From Paraspadella gotoi (Eukaryota > Animalia > Chaetognatha): a DNA stretch of 64,000 nucleotides. The position numbers were made by a program, and so were the translations under genes. Positions 28,122 through 42,271 of this stretch are shown one piece after another. Below the pieces are notes generated by a model. The model was not told the DNA's origin and searched no databases. It saw only the letters and a list, made by a program, of their open reading frames with translations. Within the stretch, counting starts at the first letter, position 1, and every line of letters starts with the position of its first letter. The stretch is taken from NCBI GenBank assembly GCA_051294375.1, contig CM119269.1:2704504-2768503 (forward strand), in the 5' to 3' direction.

Positions 28122-31108
28122 TAATTTCTTTCTTTGACAGAAATTTCGTAATATTCCGGTTCGGAGTCAAGTAAAACTTTGGTCGTTGTGTCTGGCAGCG
28201 GATCGTTGTCACGTAAAACCACCATCTCTGCACCGAGTCGAACTGTGAACAAAAACTGCACCATGCTTTTGCTTCTCAGTGCATCGCCTGGAATGAAGCA
28301 AAAATATATATTTTTTTTATCTCGCTTCTGTCACAACTCTCAAAACATTTTTTTTCCCTCAAATATTACCTGGGTCCACTCCGAAAAACAAATAAATTTT
28401 CGTTCTTCCAGTATTTCCCTCCGAGTCAATAAATCTTTCCGGGTTTGAATTTTTCTGGTTCATTCAAAGAATTTGGGCTTCTGTGCACGGCTCTAATGTT
28501 GAAACCAAATGTTGTCGTTTTTGAATGACCTAGAATCGACGAAATCGTTGGAATTTCCTTCTAAAATTATACACCTCGGATTTTGAATATACCTTTATAT
28601 CCACAAATGTCTACCTTATATCCATAAAGAATCAGCTTCATCAACTGATCAGCGATGGAGCGCCGATGGCCACCGTGAAGAGACGCAATACTTCGTCCAT
28701 AAAAGCGTGAAGTAAGGCAACTGTGGAAGCTGAGACAAGTCGGAATGCCATCCTTTCCTAAAAACGGGAAAGTCGTCGCATTCAAAGATTAAACTATTTT
28801 CTAACGCTTCCACTTTCAAATCTTTAGTTCTTTTTTTTTAAGCTTTTAAGTGTAATTGCTATGACTTTTTTTCGAGTGTTCGTATTTCCAAACGCTAGAT
28901 TCGATAGCATATTATTATAAATACTAATTTCCTGGTCTTAGACGCTCGTCTGTTTTTTTTTCCTGCCATAACCCCCCCCCCTCGATTTTCCCACACGCCC
29001 ACCAAATACTCCGTCGATCCTCCGTCCTCAGTTTGGCCAAAACCTCGGGATTGATAGATCAAGCCAGACGAAAAGTCCAATCTATGACCCCAGAGTTGGT
29101 GTCGACTCCGCCGATTGAAAAAATCTCTCACGGTTTTCGATCATTCTTGATAGTCGAGAGCCTGTATTTAATTTTTTAAACGTTTTAGTTTTAAATATAA
29201 AAAAACATGTTTTCAATAGTCTCGGGTCAGTTTGTCAGTTTTGTTAGTTTTGTCAGTTTTGTCTCTTTCTCACTTTCATTTTTCTTTCTTCCTCACCTCC
29301 TCCTGAAGGATTTTTCCTTCCTTTCGAATGAATCCGTCCACAAAAATCCTTGACGTCGTTTTCATCGAAGTTTTCCTCGTGCGACTTTATTTGATCTTGA
29401 TGAATTTTTTGAAGACTAAATTGGCTTCTCCACTTTTCGATGCCAGTTCGTTTTGTACAAGAATTGATCTGAAGCTTAACTTCTTTTGAAGTACGCTGAA
29501 ATAGTGATGCGTTCCTCCCACATTTTCGTTTTTTGCCCAGAGCTGGCGAAACGTTCTTAAGAGCTATTCTATGAATCTCCTAACAAGCGGGTCTTACATA
29601 TTATCGGAACGAATATGAAAGTCTCGAGAACCATTTTTATTATAAGTTGAGAGTAAATTATGTTATATATTAATTAATTAATAATCATGATGATATAGCC
29701 ATTGACTCAAGACTATCTCCTACCTCGGCCAAACGTTGTAGGATCGGCTCCGTTCATAGGTAGAAAAATCCACCTCCAAGTGTTGTAAGGCTTTGGGAAC
29801 CTCGTACGTTGGTGCAGGACGGCGACAACGGAGCAGTCGCATCCACGTCGACTCGGTCGTTAATGAGAATCCGCATGGGGACGTTGCCGATTGCGACGAC
29901 GCGTATAGAAGATTTCGGAGGCAATTGGCTTTGTTGACGACGACATCGAGGCGAAAAGGCAGTCGGCTTCTTGAAGGACCTGGTGAGAAAAAGACGAGAG
30001 CTAGTAAATGGAGAACCGTATGAGAACCATCAATGTCACATTTTTTTTTTTTAAATTTCAAATAATATCTTACTTTATTTTCATAGACATCTTTCCAAAT
30101 CCGAATGAACTCAGAATGACTTCGTCGTCCGATGTAGACGTTGCCACTTTTCCGAATAATCACCAAAAATGATGCCTCCATGTTAAGTTAAGAAGTTAAA
30201 CATAATATATATTTTTTTAAAGAAATTTTACAAAAAAATTTCACCCTTTTCTCGGGGGGTTCATCAAAATAAGTCCGGGATCGCTGTCGTTCGGCCGATT
30301 GGCAAAGTCTATTGTTCATGATATCCTGCCGAAACGAAAGATCGTGAATGAAGCGACATCTTTAGTCATGTCATGTTCAATGTCGTCACGTCACTCCGAC
30401 CTTGATCATTCTAAGTCAGTGACGACGGACGATGCTCGACGATGGAACGAAAGGAATGATTTGGAATCTGAAGACGGACCACAACGCGGCGCCATTTCCG
30501 CCGTCTTCTTTCCACGACAATCGCCCAACTGATGAAGTCGAAATGACAACGTCAAGAATTCAATCTTAATTTCTCAATTAAAAGATATATGAAAAATTTA
30601 AAGATTACTTGCTTTACTACTAGACACATTGGATTCATTTAACAATAAATGTAAAAAAATTATATAAAGTATATTATTTCATAAGTGTAATGACGAGAGG
30701 AGTGTTAGTTGTGTCTTCTGGAAATAAAGGGAACACATTTTAGATTTCAACAAACTGTGAAATTAAATACCTAATTTTCCTAAAAGCAATTAAAACGTAA
30801 TGAATTTTGATCTAAACGTGATTAATCGAGAGGAAAACGTCATAAATCTAGAATCCAATCGTCCTATCACCGCCCCCCCCAGGAGCCCCCCCCTCCTTCT
30901 CCACTCGATTCACGATATCAATCAATCTTCTTTGATTATCAAGCAACTCTTCATCACGTATAAAAAATAATTGCCGAACAGCCAGTGATCTTGTTCGCCG
31001 AATGGAACCGTCGTGCACTTTGCCCTTGTTTCTCGAGAAAATTTGAAGAGCAAAAAGAGTAGAAATCCAGACGCCTGTAAAAATTGTGAAAGGATCGAGT
31101 TCCGTCAT
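28122..31108 (-). CDS. Cytochrome P450, clan-2 (CYP2-like) type, copy 1; multi-exon, frameshifted as assembled
   Basis: N-terminal anchor MTELDPFTIFTGVWISTLFALQIF. I-helix DFFxGGVDTNSGVIDW (~29130-29070), K-helix region (~28730-28680), EPEKFKPxRFIDSEGKY (~28460-28410), FFGVG|RRCTxE heme motif split by an intron (~28390-28275), C-terminus EYYEISVKERN. Confidence 0.88.
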
Positions 31109-34100
31109 TTTAGTTTCTTTGGTTTAATCGGCCTAAAATTGATAATTGACAATAATAAATAATGTGTAGAAATTGATAAAAATAAGATGATTAAAGAGGG
31201 CTGAGTGAGAGAGAGAGAGAAGAGTTGAATCTAATTGAATTGAAAAAAAAATGAAGCCAACCAAAAATTTTTTGGGGGGGTGTGAGGGGGAAATCCTTAC
31301 GGGTAGAGTAACAATTCTAGCAGCAACTAAAAGAGATAAGACAGCAACTAGACGCAGAGAGAGTAGAGACCGAGAGGAGATTGGATGAGAGATGAGGTCA
31401 CGGAGACGTTCGCGCGGCGTCTGACGCCGTCGACCGAAGAAGATGTGATCCCGACCGAAATAATATATTTCACTTGAAGAAGTTTAATATTTTTTAACTT
31501 TTTTTTTTTCAAAAACTTTTTTTATCAGATTGCGGAAAATCATTTTTTTCGCGTCATCCTCCTATTTTCTCGGAGAATCTCGGCTGAGCTTTGCCCTTAT
31601 TCAATATTCATGCTTCGAGTTTTTTTTTTTTTTTAATTTTGCAATGGCTCGAGAATTCACTCACTTTTAATCTTAATTGATTTGTTTTTCTCGGTATGTG
31701 ATGTATTTGATTTCTCCTCTTCATAAAGTATGATAATAAAACAAATTACTGATGTACTTACACTTTTTTTTTTTATCAACTTACATTTCGTTGTGTCTCT
31801 GTTAAGGATAATTTGGGGAAATGTCAGTAAAAGTGCAAACGTTTATCAAATGCCACTGATACTATGGAGAAAAATAAATAGTTATTTGTGGCCATTTAAT
31901 GACAATCAACGACGGGCAATCAATTACTAAAAAAAGGCATTAAGCAATAAGCGGTCAAACGACCACGAACTAAGCATAATGTAGATAACGGTCCGCGACA
32001 AAAGGAAGAATACAAAGCCGAGGAAAATAATACCTCATTTTTCAAGGCAAACGAAGCCTCGATGTGACAGCATCCGGTCGGGAAAAAGGTCGAAAGTTCC
32101 AGTGTACGAACTTAGTCCGTCTTTTAAAGGGTCAGAGAGAGAGAGAGAGAGAGAGAAAGTAAGGCAATAAATCTTCTCGCGACTGCTAGGTGGCAGTATA
32201 ACCGTCAAAATCTCGGACGAATGGCCAGGCATAAGGCACGACTCAAGACATGACCGCTTCAAGGACTCGTTGAGAGGCTCCTCATCCGCCTCCTCCTCTT
32301 CAACCCCCGAGAGACCAACACAAATGATGCCAATTGCTCGTCTCATGGTGTTTATGTTGTTTATTTCGGGAACAATTAGGCCGCGGTTGAACGAGGCCAA
32401 GAGAAGTATCTATTCCCTCGTAATAGAGATAAAGATTTTTTATTCTACTTTTCTCTCATCTTATTCTAACAATTTTTGTCTAATTTTACTAATTTTCTCT
32501 ATCCTTTCTCTTTTTCCCCACCTCTCTCCTTCTTTCCTACCCTTTCTCTTTTTCCCCACTTCTCTCCTTCTTTCCTACCCTTTCTCCTCTTCCCCATTTC
32601 TCTCCTTCTTTCCTACCCTTCCTCTTTTTCCCCACTTCTCCCCTTCTTTCCTACCTTTTCTCCGTCTCGTCCATCGTCAGGGATTCGCTGTTGTTGTAGT
32701 TGTTGTTGTTTATTACCGAGGAATTCCCTCGCGTTGCGCCACAGTTTTTTTTTTCCCTCGTCGTTCCTCCCGCATTTTCATTCCGTCCCGTGGGATTTTC
32801 TTTCCTTTTCCTTTTGCTTTTCCTTTCATTTGCGTTTCATTCTTTTCTTTTCTCTCTTAGTAGATCATTTCCTTTTCCATATATTTCTCTTCCTTTTTTT
32901 TAGTTGCGCCGTGAGTACCCGCGGAACAACTCTATAAGTCGGTCTGTCGGTCGGTCCGTCCCACTTACATCAAAAATGCAAATAACTAGCCTATACTTTG
33001 TTGCTCATTTGTTAAGACGGAAAAAACCTTAAATCTAAGGACTACTCGCGCCGCCTTCAGGAAGTCCTAGAACTATAAAGAATAAAACACAGAATTCCTA
33101 TGCAGTGCGTGTCATAAATACAAATACTATATAAAGACGTTTGTTAAACATAAATTGCCAAGTCATGTAGTCATGTGATCACAAGGAAATACACGTGAAA
33201 AGAAAGTCACTGCGGCGCAACACCGATGGACCGATTTTGTTCTTTATTCTTATATTTTCTTTTGCTTTCCTTTTATTGTCTCTTCGTTACCTTTGATTTT
33301 CTAATTGTATCTATCAACGATCCCACCCTAACTCACCTTTCCTTTCGATCTTTGTAATTTTCCCTTAAGCCACCATTTTTTTTTCAACATGCGTGTACCT
33401 TAGTACTTACTTATTTACCAACGCGTTATCAATCTTCTTTCGCATTTTATTGCGTATTATCCTCCAAGGGCTAACACTATCTGCCCCCTTTCGACTCTTA
33501 TCTTTTTTTTCCGAGGTTTTTCTCTCAATTTTTTTTTAATCATTGTTCTCAGTGCGCAATCTTTCTTCTTTTAAATTTTCTCCTTTCGAACTCCCACCTT
33601 TTTCTTCCTTTCATTCTTGTCTATAAATTTTCTTTTCTTTCTTTTTTTTTTCTGCCTCCCACATATTTTTTTTTTTTTTTGCTCTACTTATTTTCTCCCT
33701 TTGCTAATAACCTATTTTTAGGCTTTTCCGCGTTTCGCTTTCTTCTTTACTCTTTCTTTCTCAAATTTTTCCGTCTCTATCCATATCCGTCTCTATCCAA
33801 CTTCTCTATCCATATCCGTCTCTATCCAACTTCTTAATTCCAACACTTATAAATTCCGAGAGACTATCCCCAACCCTTTTTTTTCCTTTTATCCTTCCTT
33901 TCAATCTCCTCCGGGGTCCTTCCTCCTCATTCTCCTCTTCGTCCTCCTTTCCTTTCCTTTCTTTTCTTTTTTCCTCCCTTCTCTCGTTCTTCTCCGCCCG
34001 CGCTTCTCTGGGGTCAATTTCGGTCCCGCCCCTTTTTCGTCGGAGGTGAGGTCGAGAGGCGGGAGGAGTCTTATCGATAGAGGAAATGGGGAGGAGGTAG

Positions 34101-34397
34101 GGAGAGCTGGTAGGATGAATGTGAACCAGCGAGAGGAGGAGGAAGGTATAGCCGAAGCGAGCCGTTTCAACATTTTTTAGATTATAAAACTAACATGTAG
34201 AATTTATAATGCACATTTTTATTATTGATAACCACGGAATTGAATTTATTATTGACATTCAAGTTAAGGCTTTCATGGAGTCAAAGTTCGTCAATACTAA
34301 TATTGTTGTAAAATTTATTTAACATTTTATTTATGCAAAAAAAAAAAGAATTTATCGTACGCTTTTGGTTTCTTCGGTAATCTCACTTTTTTAATAA

Positions 34398-37318
34398 TTA
34401 ATTTCTTTCTTTGACAGAAATTTCGTAATATCCCGGTTCGGGAGTCAAGTAAAACTTGGTCGTTGTGTCTGGCAGCGGAGTCGTGCACCGAAAATCCAAT
34501 CTCTGCACGAGTCGAACTGTGAACAAAAACTGCACCAGCTTTGCCAAATTTTCTCCAGTGCATCGCCTGGAATGAAGCAAAATATATATTTTTTTTATCT
34601 CGCTCTCGGTCACAACTCTCAAAAACATTTTTTTTTCCCTCAAATATACCTGGGTCCCACTCCGAAAAACAATAAATTTTCGTTCTTCAAGTATTTTCCC
34701 TCCGAGTCAATAAATCTTTCCGGTTTGAATTTTTCTGGTTCATCAAAGAATTTTGGGCTTCTGTGCACGGCTCTAATGTTGAACCAAATGTTGTCGTTTT
34801 TAGTGACCTAGAATCGACGAAATCGTTGGAATTTCTCTTCTAAAATTAATCACCTCGGATTTTGAATATACCTTATATCCACAAATGTCTACCTTATATC
34901 CATAAAAGTCAGCTTCATCAACTGTACAGCGATGAGGCGCGATGGCCACCGTGAAGAGACGCAATACTTCGTCCATAAAAGCGTGAAGGTAAGGCAACTG
35001 TGGAAGCTGAGACAAAGTCGGAATGCCATCCTTTCCTTCCTAAAAACGGGAAAAGTCGTCGCATATCAAAAGATTAAACTATTTTCTAACGCTTCCACGT
35101 TTCAAATCTTTAGTCTTTTTTTTTTTTAAGCTTTTAAGTGTAATTGCTATGACTTTTTTTCGAGTGTTCGTATTTCCAAACGCTAGATTCGATAGCATTA
35201 TTATTATAAATACTAATTTCCTGTCTAGACGCTCGTCTGTTTTTTTTTTCCTGCCATAACCCCCCCCCTCGATTTCCCACACCACCAAATACTCCGTCGA
35301 TCTCCGTCCTCAGTTTGGCCAAAACCTCGGGATGATAGATCAGCCAGACGAAAGTCCAATCTATGACACCNNNNNNNNNNTCGACTCCGCCGATGAAAAA
35401 ATCTCTCACGGTTTCGATCAGTTCTTGATAGTCGAGAGCCTGTATTTAATTTTTTAAACGTTTTAGTTTTAAATATAAAAAAAGCATGTTTTCAATTAGT
35501 CTCGGTCAGTTTTGTCAGTTTTGTCAGTTTTGTCAGTTTTGTCTCTTTCTCACTTTCATTTTTCTTTCTCCCTCACCTCCTCCTGAGGATTTTTCCTCCT
35601 CGTCCGAATGAATCCGTCCACAAAATCCTTGACGTCGTTTTCATCGAAGTTTTCCTCGTGCGACTTTATTTGATCTTTGATGAATTTTTTGAAGACTAAA
35701 TTGGCTTCCTCCACTTTTCGAGCCAGTTCGGTTTTGTACCAAAGAATTGATCTGAAGCGTTAACTTCTTTTACGGAAAGTATCGCTAAATCGAAGGACCT
35801 TCTAACAAGCGGCTTTACATATTATCGGAACGAATATGAAAGTCTCGAGGAACCATTTTTTATTATAAGTTGAGAGTAAATTATGTATAAATATTAATTA
35901 ATTAATAACTATGATATAGCCATTGACTCAAGCGATTCTCCTACCTCGGCCAAACGTTGTAGATCGGCTCCGTCATCAGGTAGAAAAATCCACCTCCAAG
36001 TGTGTAGAGGCTTTGGAGAACCTCGTACGTTGGTGCAGACGGCGACAACGGAGCAGTCGCATCCACGTCGACTCGGTCGTTAATGAGAATCCGCATGGTG
36101 ACGTTGCCGATTGCGACGCGTAGAAGATTTCGAGGAGCAATTGGCTTTGTTGACGACGACATCGAGGCGAAAAGGCAGTCGGCTTCTTGAAGGACCTGGT
36201 GAGAAAAAGACGAGAGTAGCTAAGATGGAGAAACCGTATGAGAACCATCAAGTCACATTTTTTTTTTTTTTTAAATTTCAAATAATATCTTACTTTATTT
36301 TCCATAGACATCTTTCCAAATCCGAATGAACTCAGAATTGACTTCGTCGTCCGATGTAGACGTTGCCACTTTTCCGAATAATCACCAAAAATGATGCCTC
36401 CATGTTAAGTTAAGAAGTTAACATATATATATTTTTTTAAAGAAATTTTACAAAAAAATTCACCCTTTTTCTCGGGGTTCATCAAAATAAGTCCGGGATC
36501 GCTGTCGTTCGGCCGATTGGCAAAGTCTTTATTGTTCATGATATCCTGCGAAACGAAAGAATCGATAGATGAAGCGACATCTTTAGTCATGTCATGTCAA
36601 TGTCGAGTCACGTCACTCCGACCTTGATCACTTCTAAGTCAGTGACGACGACGATGCTCGACGATGGAACGAAAGGAATGATTTGGAATCTGAAGACGGG
36701 ACCACAACGCGGCGCCATTTCCGCCGTCTTCTTCCACCAATCGCCCAACTGAAGATCGAAATGACAACGTCAAGAATTCAATCTTAATTTCTCAATTAAA
36801 AAAGATATATGAAAAATTTCAAGATTACTTGCTTTACTACTAGACTACATTGGATTCATTTAACAATAAATGTAAAAAAATTATATAAAGTATATTATTT
36901 CATAATGTAATGGGAGAGGGATGTTAGTGTTGTCTTCTGGAAATAGAGGGAACACATTTTAGATTTCAACAAACTGTGAAATTAAATCCTAATTTTCCTA
37001 ATAAGCAATAAAACGTAATGAATTTGATCTAAACGTGATTAATCGAAGGGAAAACGTCATAAATCTAGAATCCAATCGTCCTATCACCGCCCCCCCAGAG
37101 CCCCCCCCCTGCCTTCCCACTCGATTCACGATATCATCAATCTTCTTTGATTATCAAGCAACTCTTCTCACCGATAAAAAATAATTGCCGAACAGCCAGT
37201 GATCTTGTTCGCCGAATGGAACCGTGCACTTTGCCCTTTTGTCTCGAGAAAATTTGAAGAGCAAAAAGAGTAGAAATCCAGACGCCGTAAAAATTGTGAA
37301 AGGATCGAGTTCCGTCAT
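34398..37318 (-). CDS. Cytochrome P450, clan-2 (CYP2-like) type, copy 2; multi-exon, frameshifted as assembled
   Basis: RDFFIGGV...GVIDWTFVWLIYHPEVLAKLRTEIDGVFG (I-helix), LPYLHAFMDEVLRLFTVAIAPHRCT (ExxR), EPEKFKPERFIDSEGKYLKNENLLFFGVG|RRCTGENLAK (PERF and FxxGxRxCxG), stop after EISVKERN at 34398. Confidence 0.9.
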
Positions 37319-37491
37319 TTTAGTTTCTTTGGGTTTAATCGGCCTAAAATTGATAATTGACAATAATAAATAATGAGTAAATTGATAAAAATAAGATGAT
37401 AAAAGAGGGCTGAGTGAGAGAGAGAGAGAGAGTTGAATCTAATTGAATTGAACAAAAATTGACCCGGTACAGCAACTGAGAAAGAGACAGC

Positions 37492-37560
<69 letters not shown>

Positions 37561-39269
37561 ATATACTTATAATTAGTGTCACGAATCAGTAGATATCGAA
37601 TAGTTAAATGCTATGCGAGGGTAAGTATCGTAAGTAAGGCCCCCAAAAAATCTACATTAAGAGTGAGTCTTTAACCCACCATATCCGGTCCAAAGTAATG
37701 GACATAGAGCTTAATTATTGAACGAATGCATAATTTTTATATTGGTTGTAGTAATGCCATTAAAAATTCACGATTCGATCTGGAGAAAAAAGAAAAGCAA
37801 AAGGAAATAAAATTTTGACGAAAGAAACGAACTTAAAACGTCACATCGATGGGAGTCGCTCGTCCCTTTTTAATACGGACAATTGTACACTCATGTGCAA
37901 AAAAAAAAAAAAACGCGCCACTTTATAAGTTTAAATTCTAGATGCTTTATAGATATATTTTTTAAAAATATATAAGAAAAATAATTTTTTTTTAAAAAAA
38001 ATTAATATTTTTAAATTCTATTATAATTAGTAGTTTAGGAGATAAAATTTTTTAAACTTGAATGTTCTAAAACTAAATAAAAAATCGATTTTTATCTAAA
38101 AACTTTAAAATTATAAACCAATCATTCATTGGGATATCCCAATTTTATTAAACTTTATAATAAACTTATTATCTTTTAATAAATCTTAATTTATTTTAAA
38201 AAAATTTTAAAATTACAAATATATAAGGTAATTTTTAAAGTCGGAAAAAAAGTGACGCGATTTTTTTTAACATGACTGTACTTAGGGAAAAAATCGTTAA
38301 GAAAATTATTGCTGCGACTTTTCTGCAGCTGATGCGGGTTTGCCGTAGAGGCTGCTGCGCTGTCGTACAAAGGTTTTTGAATTTCGTCAATAGGGAGCCT
38401 TCATTAAAGACTTTAAGAAAAACTTTTTCTATATTACTATATTAATAGAACTTTCTTCTTTATCACATATCTGAATATATGCGAAAACAAAACAAATAAT
38501 ATAAACCCCAAAAAATGAATGAGAACCACTTTCAGATGATCATTTTACTCGGTCGTTCCGATCTCGCTTTCGTAGAGGCGATCTTTCCTCACCTAATTAA
38601 TTTTCCGTAATTCACTGGGTTTTTCTGAGAGATAATTGATAATTCTTTCGCCTTACTATATTGCCTGTGAAAAAGAGCCCGTGGAAATAACGCAATGAAA
38701 ATAAAGATTTCATTTAAGAAATTCTCAGTTCCTTTCGGACGCCTTGATAAGGGGAGGAAGTCGAGATTTATATCGATGTATGATAATAAATACAATTTTA
38801 TACATTATAGATTTTAATATACACTAAGTGAAAAAATAAATAAATAAATCTTGATTATTCTTTGAATCTTTTTACCGCAGATAAGTACGTATTGACACAA
38901 TTAGCTATATTTAATGTATTGAGAGAACTGAGCGAAAGCGAATGACGAAGAGAAATACTCTTTGCCTTAGAAGAAGAAGCAAGAATAAGGATTGATGTCT
39001 AATCGGCCAAAGAGGTTGGAGGAAAAGAGAAAGGGGTTAAGAAAGGTGAAAAAAAGGGAAAAAGGAAATTGAGGAAGAAAGAAGAGAAAGAGGAGAGAAT
39101 TGGGTTATGTTGTCGTGGCATCTGAGAGATTAGTCGATTTTTTTTTTGTTTTTTTTATTAGTTTTAGATTTCGTCTTAACTAATTGGAAAACGTGGGCGG
39201 TTGGATTGGAGGGAAACTTTCTGTCGAAACCAAATACTTTTGATGTCACTTCTTGGTCTTTGTTTCTTT

Positions 39270-39350
<81 letters not shown>

Positions 39351-39906
39351 CATTACATGTAAGAGCCGTTTCTCGATTGCGTCGGCTTCATAATTCTGTC
39401 ATGACTTATATCGCAATATCTAGTATAAAATTGTTATTTCAGCTCTTTATTTTAAAACTCAAATATTCACGCTTACCGGATTTAAAGATAACGTTAGCTA
39501 TAAAGGCAAATTTTATGATGCTATCGACCAACTTAGTTATTTCCATTTTCGATTCATTTCTTTCTTCATCATTTCGCAAATGTCCTTTTCATTTCCGGTC
39601 CAATTCTAAATTCTAAATTACGTACTTAATAGTAGATGAGTCTTATTCGAATACATTTACTGCATGTCCACTATGTTTTTTTCCATCTTTCTTTGCTTCA
39701 TAATATATTTTATCAACTTAAATCAATACTTTCTAAGTTAGAATCTAACTGGACAAGTGGACATCTTCCGATTAACTTTATCAACGCGTATTTATGCAAT
39801 TATGTTTATATAAACCATTTCCTTTTTACCAAAACCCCAAGTCGTTTCAATCTAATCGATCGAAAAACAAAAGCGACTCTGACGTCAAGAGTCAAACGGC
39901 CTCCGC

Positions 39907-40098
39907 GTCGCCATAGCAACGAGAAAGTCGCCATGGCCATTTCCGGTCGCGATTCAAGGACGCGGGACGGATGACTTCTCTATTTCGCCGACGACGACGA
40001 CGACGTCTATGGCGACGACGACGAAGACGACGATGATGAGGACGAACGCCGACGGTCGAAGACGACGACGATGACGGCGTCGACGTTGCCAAGACAAC
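39907..40098. promoter_or_regulatory. Two RFX X-box motifs in a CpG-rich island
   Basis: GTCGCCATAGCAAC (39907-39920) and GTTGCCAAGACAAC (40085-40098) match the X-box consensus GTHNYY-n2-RRNAAC. A partial GTCGCCATGG lies at ~39927. Confidence 0.55.
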
Positions 40099-42271
40099 GA
40101 CGACGGCGGAAATGGCGAGCGTTAAAGCAACGTCAACGGTTGTCTCTCCGCTCGCGGGTCAAGGCTTTCCGGCGATTGGCTCCCGGCTTTTCCCGGCAAA
40201 CGAGGCCTTAAATCAGCCGGAATCCAATCTCAAACGACCGCGAAATTTTGTTTCGACCCAAAAGAAAAAAAAGAGAAGAAAAAAAATCGGCTTTTTTTTT
40301 TCGAGTTGAGTTTGTAACAAATACTTTGCTTCTTTATTTTTTCTCTTTTTTTTTTCTTTTTTGAGACTGGAATAAACAGCTTTTCTGAAGAAAAAAAAAT
40401 GGTCTGAGACGAATTCAATGTTAAGTTATTCAAAATCACAAAAGAATCGTAATTTTAAAAAAACTAGAAATTGTAGTCGGGCGTAGCATAAGTTAATCCC
40501 GTCTATATTAAGCATGACACCTTCAGTTTTGACCAGGTGATTCATTGAGTAAAGTCGGTAGCTAATGACCACTCGGTACCGGATTCAATCCCGGCCCGGT
40601 TCCTACTCGGCGGGAACCGTGAGGACGGCAATTCGCATTAGCATAATTTAGAAAATCTCTCACAAATTACTGTTTCTGTTGTTGCGAATCAAGAGATGGA
40701 AAATCGGTAATGTTCATCAACGCAGTCTCACATTGCGGTGAAGATGACGCCGATAAAATTCAGAAAGCCCAAACGGCATTGACCGTATTAGAAAAAGCCA
40801 GTATTCTTAAAAACAATCCTTTTTTCTTTATGAAGATTACAAATGAGATTTATCTTGAAAGGCTCAAAGACGAGCGATATCGCGCGACTGCGTGCGATTT
40901 CGTGAACACTTTACGGTTCGTCTCCCCGCCTTTAAACCCCGACACTCCCCGTCGTTAGCCGCAGCATCCATCACCCCGCGACCCCGGATCACAAATTAGG
41001 CCCGCGGAATTTCTGAGTGGAGATGCCGAAGTTCGATTATCCTCTTGTTCTTCCAACGAGTTTTTCATGTAAAACTTATGAGTAGCAGACGCTCCCCTCT
41101 TTCGCGTCGGCGAGGCACGAAACTTGTAAAGTCGTGGAAAAAGATTCAGTGACAATATACTTGTTAAAATAATGGAGAAAACTTATTATTATGAAATTCT
41201 GAGAAAGGCAGACAATGGAATTTTATAAAAACTACCGAGAAAAATCATTTTTATTTTCATTAAATTTCCTTATTACGCAAACAAACTAGTTCAATGAGCA
41301 AGATCACTCTTTTTATTCCGGTCATGGAAAAATCGGTCCGTGGTTTGAGGAAACTTCTCTAAGAAAGAAATGGGAAAAAAATGGAAAGAATCTGGAAAAA
41401 AGTGAAAAGTGAATATGAACGAGGAGGACGAAGAAAATGAGTTCGAAAAGCTTCGATGATTAAAAAAGACAAAAAAAGACGAAGAACGTCCTACTAACAA
41501 GATGTGTGTCATAATCGTTATTAGTTTTATATATTCTAGTGTAATAATCCTTTCTTTTTCGTTGCGTTGATGATGTCCCTATATTTCTGTGACGTCTGTC
41601 GAGTTGTCGCTGTAAAATTTCACTTTCTCTCATATTCTTTTTTTTTTTTTGCTCTAAACAAGTCGTTTATGAAAGAAGTCCTTTTTTCTCCTTGCTATTA
41701 TTCATTGATCACAACTTAAAATTTCATTTTTTGTGTAGGAAGGGTGACTAATTATTGTCACTAATGCCGTTTCGTCTATACTGTCTAGTAAACAGTATAC
41801 ATTATACATTATATATATATACGCCATTCCAAATCTCCTTCCCAAGATGGCGAAGGAAAGGCGATTGGCGCCAAAGACGTGATGACTGATAAAAGAGTTT
41901 CGTGCCACGTTCGCTTAAGCTCAGTGCAATCGCTGATAAAAAGTCAGATGCGATCAGTTTGGGTCAAGTTTGAAAGCGAAACGATTTTTTGACCCGTGCT
42001 TTAGTTTTTTTAGTTTTCTTTTTCCACGTTTTATTTTAACTCAATTTAAATCAAACTCAATACAATCTCGCGCATTGTCACTATTTCACTTACGCCGACT
42101 GGAACCGACCTAGTGAATTATTTTTCTATTCGCGTATATCATTACTTACGGTAAAAATTTGGTTATTTTAATTTTAATTTTAATTTTAATTTTTTTCGCG
42201 GTATACTTTCTTACGAAATACGAAATACATTACGAAAAAATTAAGCAAATGTTCTCCTTCGGTATTTATTT

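Larger units (their letters stand above)
25210..37500 (+). repeat. Tandem direct duplication ~25210-31390 vs ~31395-37500, each carrying the CYP gene
   Basis: Both copies begin GTCACGG(A)GACGTTCGCGCGGCGTC and remain collinear for ~6 kb. Differences are mostly 1-bp indels. Confidence 0.9.

Noticed and set aside
28122-37318. Calling the two CYP copies pseudogenes
   Set aside because: Frameshifts differ between copies and match the local indel noise, so a single intact gene is the simpler explanation.
40545-40630. B-box-like CCGGATTCAATCCCGG and an adjacent hairpin
   Set aside because: No full cloverleaf and no second copy in the window, so too weak to call a tRNA or SINE.
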